From positions 1 through 22,830 of the forward strand of contig JBHLNT010000017.1 in NCBI GenBank assembly GCA_048941265.1: DNA of 22,830 bases, written 5' to 3'. The position numbers and the translations under genes are program-made. This DNA comes from Promethearchaeota archaeon (lineage in GTDB: Archaea; Asgardarchaeota; Lokiarchaeia; Sigyniarchaeales; SOKP01). Shown one piece after another: positions 9,565 to 15,992 of the stretch. The notes under the pieces are model-generated. The model made no database searches, was not told the origin of the DNA, and was given only the letters and a program-made list of their open reading frames with translations. Positions within the stretch are counted from its first letter, which is position 1. Each line of letters starts with the position of its first letter.

Positions 9565-10002
9565 ATGATAAAAGATATTCTTTGCATTTACATCCTTGAT
9601 GAAAAGGGAACTCCAATTTTTATTCGTGAGAATTATGTTCAGGGTTCGGGAGATGCGAATCATGCTTTATTATCTGATTTTGTTAGTGCTTTACAATCTC
9701 TTGCCCAAGAATTCGGGGAAGATGAGACAAGAGTTATAGAATTAAGTGATTCTAAAATCTTATCAACCAGAGATAAAATTACTAATTATTCATTTATTAT
9801 AAAATCTGAGATTAAATCAAAAAATAAAAAAATATTTGGAATTCTAAATCAAATCAAAAATATCTTTATTGAAAAATTTACTGGACATCTTGCGTCAAGT
9901 GTGGAAGTAAAAAAGAAAATTATGTTATCCTTCGAAGAAGCAATCAATGAAATAATTGCTGAACCTACCGACAGTCTAAAAGGATTTTTAAAATCGATTT
10001 GA
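9565..10002 (+). CDS. Longin-like domain protein, probable GTPase partner
   Basis: 36 bp after the GTPase with AGGAG RBS. IYILDEKGTPIF hairpin, LLSDFVSALQSLAQEFG helix and L..IK..F..KF C-terminal helix fit a longin topology. Confidence 0.7.
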   Translation: MIKDILCIYILDEKGTPIFIRENYVQGSGDANHALLSDFVSALQSLAQEFGEDETRVIELSDSKILSTRDKITNYSFIIKSEIKSKNKKIFGILNQIKNIFIEKFTGHLASSVEVKKKIMLSFEEAINEIIAEPTDSLKGFLKSI

Positions 10003-10017
10003 CGCTAATAAACTTTT

Positions 10018-10395
10018 TTAATGAGAAATAGCTAAGAACTTTTCAAAATCCGAAAAAGCTGAAATATTACCTTTCCATTTATTTAGAAAATCTGTGGAGT
10101 AGTATGCAAAAAATTTTTCTGATATCTCATTTAGTTCTTGTTTAACATTTTTTTCTTTAGCATTTACGGATGATTTACCAACAAAAATGATGTCTTGTTT
10201 CTTTATAAAGGTGAACTTTTTTGTTATGAATTGAAAAGAACTCAATCCACCTTTAGATAAGATATCGGCATATGCATTTAACGCTATTGTGATGGCACCG
10301 AATAAATTTTTATCAACTTCTTCATAAGATTGGTAGTGATATAGGACTATACCAGAATCCTTAAGAATCCAAAAATCAGTTATGTACTGCAGCAT
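10018..10395 (-). CDS. Longin-like domain protein (paralog of 1014..1430)
   Basis: DFWILKDSGIVLY, DKNLFGAITIALNAY, GLSSF, KEKNV and WKGNISAFSDF align by eye with 1014..1430. Confidence 0.7.
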   Translation of the reverse strand: MLQYITDFWILKDSGIVLYHYQSYEEVDKNLFGAITIALNAYADILSKGGLSSFQFITKKFTFIKKQDIIFVGKSSVNAKEKNVKQELNEISEKFFAYYSTDFLNKWKGNISAFSDFEKFLAISH

Positions 10396-10433
10396 TAAAC
10401 GAATATAATATCTTTATAGATAATAATTCAAAT

Positions 10434-10516
10434 CTAAAAATAACATAAAAAAACTCATTTTTAAATCTTATTTTAAAAAAAATGATTAAAAAAACAAAAA
10501 AGAACTAAAAAAAAAG
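10434..10516 (-). terminator. Oligo-T tracts downstream of hsp20 (archaeal-type intrinsic terminator region)
   Basis: Several T5-T8 runs on the - strand immediately after the hsp20 stop codon. Confidence 0.4.
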
Positions 10517-10517
10517 A

Positions 10518-11117
10518 TTATTTAACTTCGATTTTTTTACTCTCTTTCTCTTCGATTTCTTTTTTTGGCAAGTCCAGTTTTAAAACTCCCTTATCTAAAG
10601 TAGCATCGATTTTCTCTTCATTGACGTTTTCAGGTAATTTAAAGCTTCTATAATAACTTGAGCTACTGTATTCTTTTCTAACATAGCCTTCTTTGTTTTC
10701 TTCGTGTTCTTCTTTTCTTTCGCCTTTAATTTCTAATGTACCATCGTGAATGGTTATCTCTAAATCACCCTTTTCTAAACCAGGTAATTCAGCAGTCATT
10801 TGATAACCTTTATCATCTTCGGTAACATTTGCCAATGGAGTTCGGAAAAAGTCATCTTCATCGAATACTTTTAAGCTAAATGGCTCGAAATCCCAGAATC
10901 TAGAAGGTCTCCAGAACATATCTTCAAACCATCTAGTAACATCGCCAAAAAAGCGGTCCATATTTCTGAACATCGATAATGGATGATATCTCTGTCTAAC
11001 GCTTAATTCGGTGTCTCTGGTTTCTTCTTTTGGAGTTTCTTCAATTTTCATTTCTTCTTTAGCCTCTTCATGTTCTTGTTTAACTTCAATTTTTTTCTCA
11101 TCTTTTACATCCGACAT
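10518..11117 (-). CDS. hsp20: Small heat shock protein (Hsp20/alpha-crystallin family)
   Basis: AELPGL.K.DL.I, LEIKGERK, YYRSFKLPENV, IDATLDKGVLKLDLPK and C-terminal IEVK motif. Start is more likely ATG 11117 (GAGGTG RBS 6 nt upstream) than the track's GTG at 11126. Confidence 0.96.
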   Translation of the reverse strand: MSDVKDEKKIEVKQEHEEAKEEMKIEETPKEETRDTELSVRQRYHPLSMFRNMDRFFGDVTRWFEDMFWRPSRFWDFEPFSLKVFDEDDFFRTPLANVTEDDKGYQMTAELPGLEKGDLEITIHDGTLEIKGERKEEHEENKEGYVRKEYSSSSYYRSFKLPENVNEEKIDATLDKGVLKLDLPKKEIEEKESKKIEVK

Positions 11118-11232
11118 ATCATACACCTCTTAATTTGTAATTTTAATTATATTTGTGATCGTCAACTTACTCTTTACAGATATCTAATTTACTAGAATAA
11201 GTTTACCTATTTAAAGATATCGTTTTTGAAGG

Positions 11233-11253
11233 TTAAGAGCCTATAGGTCTTAA
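11233..11253. promoter_or_regulatory. Near-perfect palindrome, candidate operator between divergent hsp20 and PAS kinase
   Basis: TTAAGA g CCTATAGG TCTTAA: 10 bp arms with one extra base. Confidence 0.35.
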
Positions 11254-11363
11254 ATTATTAAATAATAAGCATTAAATTGAATGAATTTATGAAAATTAAA
11301 TAAGAAATCCAAATAATATAGAGATTCTAAAAAGTAATTATTAAAGTAAATTTATCTTTTTTT

Positions 11364-12452
11364 ATGTTGATAGAAATGGAAATCATAGAAAAAAATACGC
11401 CTAAAGGGAGGGCAGAACAATATTTAGATTTAGCAGGAGTAATAATTGTTGCTCTAAACAAAAAAGGAATTATAACATTGATGAATAAAAAAGGTTATGA
11501 AATTTTAGAATATGAGAAGGGGGAACTTATTGGACAAAATTGGTTTGAAACGTGTGTACCTCCTCATTTAAGGGACGAGATTTTTGGGGTGTTTAAAAGT
11601 CTTATGAGGGGAGAAGTTGAACCAGTGGAATTTTATGAAAATCCGGTATTAACTAAAGACAATATAGTAAAATTAATTGCTTGGCATAATACATTATTAT
11701 ATGACGATGAGGGTAATATTGTGGGCACCTTAAGCGCAGGAGAAGATAGTACTAAATTAGATAGAATGAAATCAGAATTACTTGAAAGAATCGCACATGA
11801 ATTAAAAACTCCACTTGTTTCCATTAAGGGTTCAACTGAAATTATATCTAGTTTTTATAATGAGGAATTAACTCCAAAAGTAATCTCACTAATAGAAATT
11901 ATTAATCGTAATACAAATCGTCTTGAGAATTTAATTAATAATATTCTAGATGCATCTCGACTTGAAGTAGGAGTTTTGGCAATTAACAAATCCGGAAATA
12001 ATCTGGCATCCTTAATCAGGGAATCTGTCAAAAATCTGCAAAATTTAGCAGAAATGAGGGAACATAAAATTGAGTTTAAAATACACGATGAATTAATAGC
12101 TAAATTTGATTATCAAAGAATTTTCAGTGTAATGAATGATTTAATAATTAATGCCATTAAATATACACCCCCGAAAGGAAAAATATTGATATCTTCTGAG
12201 ATTTTAAGTGAACATTTTTTAATTTCAGTCAAGGATAGTGGTATTGGATTTACAGAAGAAGAAAAACCTCAAATCTTCAAAAGATTTGGCAAAATTGAGC
12301 GATATGGGAAAGGATGGGATGTTGGAATTGAGGGTTCTGGACTTGGACTATATATTTCTAAAAAAATTATAGAATTGCATGGCGGAAAAATTTGGGTTGT
12401 ATCTGATGGCGAAAATAAAGGTTCAACTTTTTTCTTTACATTACCCTATTAA
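11364..12452 (+). CDS. Cytoplasmic PAS-HisKA-HATPase histidine kinase
   Basis: PAS (YLDLAGVIIVALN..G.I..MN, ELIGQNWF, YENPVLTK, IAWHNTLL.D..G.I.GTLSAGED), AHELKTPL, LIINAIKYT, DSGIG, GSGLGL; no TM segment. Confidence 0.95.
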   Translation: MLIEMEIIEKNTPKGRAEQYLDLAGVIIVALNKKGIITLMNKKGYEILEYEKGELIGQNWFETCVPPHLRDEIFGVFKSLMRGEVEPVEFYENPVLTKDNIVKLIAWHNTLLYDDEGNIVGTLSAGEDSTKLDRMKSELLERIAHELKTPLVSIKGSTEIISSFYNEELTPKVISLIEIINRNTNRLENLINNILDASRLEVGVLAINKSGNNLASLIRESVKNLQNLAEMREHKIEFKIHDELIAKFDYQRIFSVMNDLIINAIKYTPPKGKILISSEILSEHFLISVKDSGIGFTEEEKPQIFKRFGKIERYGKGWDVGIEGSGLGLYISKKIIELHGGKIWVVSDGENKGSTFFFTLPY

Positions 12453-12477
12453 AGGAATAATTTCTTTTTGTTAAAAA

Positions 12478-13431
12478 TTAGAAATTCTCTTTCCATTTTT
12501 TATATCTCTCTATAAATTCCTCAATGAATAAGTCTAAGAAGTTTGGAGACATTGCCGAGGAATGTGGGGTTCTTAATATATTAGGGCAATAGCGTAAGGG
12601 AGAATTTTTATCTAAAGGTTCTTCTTTAAATACATCTAAATATGCGCCTTTTATAACATTATTTTTAAGTGCATATGCTAGATCTTCCTCATTAATAGCA
12701 TTTCCCCTTCCAATATTATAAATATAGCAATGATTTGGTAGCAATTCTAATTTTCTTTTATCTATTATGTTATCTGTAGATTTATCTCTAGGTAATGCCA
12801 AGACAAGGTGATCTGTTTTTGGGAGAATGGAATCAAGATCGTCAATAGTAATTATTTTGTCTTTTTCATCAAAAAAATATGGCGGTTTCATTAAAACCCT
12901 TTTTACTCCAGTTATTTTTGCTCCAAATGGTTTAGCTAACTTAGCAATCCAATTCCCAATTTTGCCAAAACCTAGTATGACAAGATGAGATCCCCTTAAA
13001 GTATTACAATAAGGCTCGATTTCTTCCCGAGGCCATAGATATTTATCTTGAAATTGACCTGCGAAATTTAATCCTCTAATAAATCCAAGGATGGCGCCAA
13101 TTACGTTTTCAGCTATAATTTTACCGTGAAACGCTCCATACGAAACAATCATTCTTTCTGGCACGTCTATATTAAACCAATCTTTTCCTGCAGATGGTGT
13201 AGCGATCCATTTCAATTTCGGTGCCATCTCCAACCATTTTTGATTAAATACCCAGACTAAAGCAATGTCAGTATTAATAAGATTATCTTTAAAAGATTGG
13301 GAACTGTTATGTAATGAAACTGTACATTCTGGAAGAGATTCTTCAAGCTTTTTTTTATGGTTTTCAGAGGCGTTCCAAGCTTTAACTACAGGGTTGGTTA
13401 GCCATATACTAATATGCATAATAATATTCAT
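12478..13431 (-). CDS. D-2-hydroxyacid dehydrogenase family protein (NAD(P)-dependent)
   Basis: LKWI...SAG.D, GFGKIG Rossmann motif, NIGRG (Arg), LDVF.EEPL (Glu), TPHSS (His). Confidence 0.93.
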   Translation of the reverse strand: MNIIMHISIWLTNPVVKAWNASENHKKKLEESLPECTVSLHNSSQSFKDNLINTDIALVWVFNQKWLEMAPKLKWIATPSAGKDWFNIDVPERMIVSYGAFHGKIIAENVIGAILGFIRGLNFAGQFQDKYLWPREEIEPYCNTLRGSHLVILGFGKIGNWIAKLAKPFGAKITGVKRVLMKPPYFFDEKDKIITIDDLDSILPKTDHLVLALPRDKSTDNIIDKRKLELLPNHCYIYNIGRGNAINEEDLAYALKNNVIKGAYLDVFKEEPLDKNSPLRYCPNILRTPHSSAMSPNFLDLFIEEFIERYKKWKENF

Positions 13432-13628
13432 AGAGTCAATAGTGGTAATTTAATTAATCGTTAATTAGTAATAAAAGATATTTTATAAAATTAGATTTTC
13501 TGAATAAATATTCATATTTTATTGGTGATATAAGCCAGAATAGATTTAAATACCAAATCTTTTATATTTAAATTATCTTTAATAATCAAATCTAATAACT
13601 ACTTTTTTTAGGAATTTGAGGTAAGGAA

Positions 13629-14177
13629 ATGGAATATACTAAAGAGATTAGATCTGTCTGTCCATTATGTGGTGAACATATAAAATTTTATATTGATGAA
13701 AAATTGATCAAAGAGACGCATAAACTTCCGGCTGCAGTCACCTTTGAGCATTGTAATAGAATTTTAATCATATATCTTGATGCACAATTACAGGTGAGGG
13801 GAATTGATTCAGCATTTAAGGTAAATAGCGATAATAATTATAGTGAAAATAGCATAGACGGTTCACTTCTCACAGAAGTGATTAGTAGAGATTTTATTCA
13901 TAATAAAACAATAGAAGAGCGAATATTATATCGAGTTAATTCACATCGAGACGCCATCAACCGACAAGCAATACCGGATATATTTGAAAAACAATTATTA
14001 AATATTTTATATAACCAAAAAGAGCTCAGTCTTTTTGATTTATTACAAGAAGCATTAATTTTAGAAAAAGCATTGAATATTAAAGTAAATTATAGCCTTA
14101 TAGAAAATGCTCTCAAAAAATATGTAGATCAAAATTTAATAACTAAGCGGATATTAGAATTTAGGGAGGATTTTTAA
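13629..14177 (+). CDS. Hypothetical protein with N-terminal CxxC...HC metal-binding ribbon and possible C-terminal winged-helix-like domain
   Basis: GAGGT RBS; C11-P-L-C14, H41-C42, IYLD....VRG. The C-terminal FEKQLLNIL...LSLFDL...IENALKKYVDQNLITKR resembles wHTH spacing. Confidence 0.7.
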   Translation: MEYTKEIRSVCPLCGEHIKFYIDEKLIKETHKLPAAVTFEHCNRILIIYLDAQLQVRGIDSAFKVNSDNNYSENSIDGSLLTEVISRDFIHNKTIEERILYRVNSHRDAINRQAIPDIFEKQLLNILYNQKELSLFDLLQEALILEKALNIKVNYSLIENALKKYVDQNLITKRILEFREDF

Positions 14178-14666
14178 ATGAGGTTTTCAAGAAAGAAGAT
14201 AAGTGAAAAAAATTTCATTAGTAAATCTATGATTGGCTTAGGATATGGCTTAGTAAAAACAAATGAATTAATTCTAAATAAAGATTTAGGAATAACTCCG
14301 CAGGATGCAATGGATGCATTAAGCATTTGGATTGGCAGGGAACTAATGAAAGAGATGCTAGATCAAAAGATCGTAAAAATAACTTATGATAATGAAAAAA
14401 TAATTAATAGTCTTTTAAATCTAGTTAATTTAGCTGAAGAGTTAGATGTAAATGTGAAAGAGGACACTATAAGTATTGTCGTTCAAAAATGTCTAATCTG
14501 TCCCAAACGAGTCGGTGGTTACGATCTTGGCCCCTATACTGCTTGTCCCGTAGGAGGTTTTATAACAGGAGCACTCTCCTATGCACGAGGAATAGAACCT
14601 ACAATAGTTAAAAATAATCTCCAAACAGGACAAATATGTCATATTGATGTATCTTTGCACCGCTAA
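14178..14666 (+). CDS. V4R/H-NOX/Bet3-like fold protein with four cysteines
   Basis: ATG directly abuts the previous TAA. Helical N-terminus with IGRE, then ISIVVQKC105LIC108, C123PVGGFITGAL and GQIC154HIDV, a V4R-like pattern. Confidence 0.6.
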   Translation: MRFSRKKISEKNFISKSMIGLGYGLVKTNELILNKDLGITPQDAMDALSIWIGRELMKEMLDQKIVKITYDNEKIINSLLNLVNLAEELDVNVKEDTISIVVQKCLICPKRVGGYDLGPYTACPVGGFITGALSYARGIEPTIVKNNLQTGQICHIDVSLHR

Positions 14667-14912
14667 TACATCTAATCTTTAAAACTAAAATTTAGAATGT
14701 TTAAAAATTTACACATTTTTCCTAAGTACTTTACCATATTCAATTAAAATACCATTACTCATTTTCTTTGCTCAAATTTATTCAATATTTACTTATTTCT
14801 CGTAAAACAATAAATTATTTGAGTATTGATTTTTATAACTTTTGAGGATAAATTTTATATACATATTTGTCTTATTTTTTTAAGGAATTAAAATAATATC
14901 TGACCCCTAAAA

Positions 14913-15078
14913 TGGGGTGAAACATAGAATCTCTCGTAAAATTCGCACACTACATAGGATAATATAATAAATTATCCATCAGAGTAGTCTCAAAAAATTT
15001 ACGGGAAAACAATGGTAAATCATTAAACAGTGATGTAGTTAATAGCTACAATATCCAAAAATTTCTATTTTCACCCCA
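14913..15078 (+). ncRNA. Candidate structured RNA (~166 nt multibranch), family unknown
   Basis: Nested helices: 14913-14929/15063-15078 (16 bp, 1 bulge); 14932-14940/14998-15006; 14949-14953/14984-14988; 14957-14963/14971-14977; 15011-15015/15020-15024; 15034-15040/15044-15050. Three G-U pairs work only on the + strand. A T-run follows at 15081. Confidence 0.45.
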
Positions 15079-15190
15079 CCTTTTTCTATTTTTCCTTTCA
15101 AATTAAAAAACTATTAACAAGTTCCGTAAAGATTTAAATGAATAACCAGATAATCTTATTAGATAAAACTTTCTTTAATTTATTTTAAAT

Positions 15191-15790
15191 ATGAATGAAA
15201 GAGAACAAAACTATAAAGAAATAAATTATGAATGTGTTCAATGCGGGAATTGTTGCCGAGCTGGATTCGAAATTGTTATTGAAAAAGAAGATATTGAAAG
15301 ATGGATAAAAGCAAAGAAAAATGAATTTCTCCAGTATATTCAAATTGACCCAAAATGCATTTCCCCTACGGGATTGGGAGGATACCATATCGAAGAGGTT
15401 AACACATTAAAAAAAATAGAAAAAAAATATAAAGATAATGACGTTAATGAAAAGCTAGATGAGTTAAAAGACTTTATTTTAAATAACCATACTTTCCTCG
15501 GTAATGGTCCTCCTTTGCCTATTTATAGCTTTCTGCCAGATTTAGGCAGAACTCCAATCTTAATTCCTAAAAGTTTTCTCACTATTCTAAACGGATTAAA
15601 ATGGGGTTTGATTTACAGCTTAAAATTTGAGTTAGGTGGGTATTGCCCCTTTTTAAAAGAAAATCTATGTTCGATCCATCCAATGAAACCAAATGTATGT
15701 AGGAGTTTCCCTTATAATAAAAATGGGGAATTAAAAATAGATGACTATTTTATAAAAATCTGTAAAGGAATTACTAAAAATTCCTCTTAA
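15191..15790 (+). CDS. YkgJ-family cysteine-cluster (zinc/iron-chelating) protein
   Basis: C15xxCxxCC, C152PFL, C160SIH..KP..C170RSFP, C191. Confidence 0.88.
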   Translation: MNEREQNYKEINYECVQCGNCCRAGFEIVIEKEDIERWIKAKKNEFLQYIQIDPKCISPTGLGGYHIEEVNTLKKIEKKYKDNDVNEKLDELKDFILNNHTFLGNGPPLPIYSFLPDLGRTPILIPKSFLTILNGLKWGLIYSLKFELGGYCPFLKENLCSIHPMKPNVCRSFPYNKNGELKIDDYFIKICKGITKNSS

Positions 15791-15992
15791 AACATTAAAA
15801 GTTTCAGTTAATTGTTGCTTTTCTTTCCGATATGAATTCTTGAACATAACGACTATTTTCAATCAATTAAAAAATCTGAAAACAACGGAATTCAACATAT
15901 AATAAATATTTTTAAATTTATTGTTGTAATAATTACCAATTAATTAGTTTACAAAATATTAAAAAAAATTAAAAAAATGGAGTATAAAAATT

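Noticed and set aside
10000-10008. TGA stop of the longin gene as possible selenocysteine
   Set aside because: Followed by one codon and then TAA, with no redox motif and no convincing SECIS.
14957-14977. GGATAAT-N7-ATTATCC as a Xer/dif site
   Set aside because: The ATAA..TTAT spacing is 9 bp, not the 6 bp of dif sites; better explained as a hairpin in the larger structure.
15001-15032. GGGAA...GGTAAATC...ACAG resembling part of a cobalamin riboswitch
   Set aside because: No B12-box or CCCGC..ACTGT elements, and GGGA is used in a different helix. I also could not match Moco/Wco, SAM-I, SRP or RNase P signatures.
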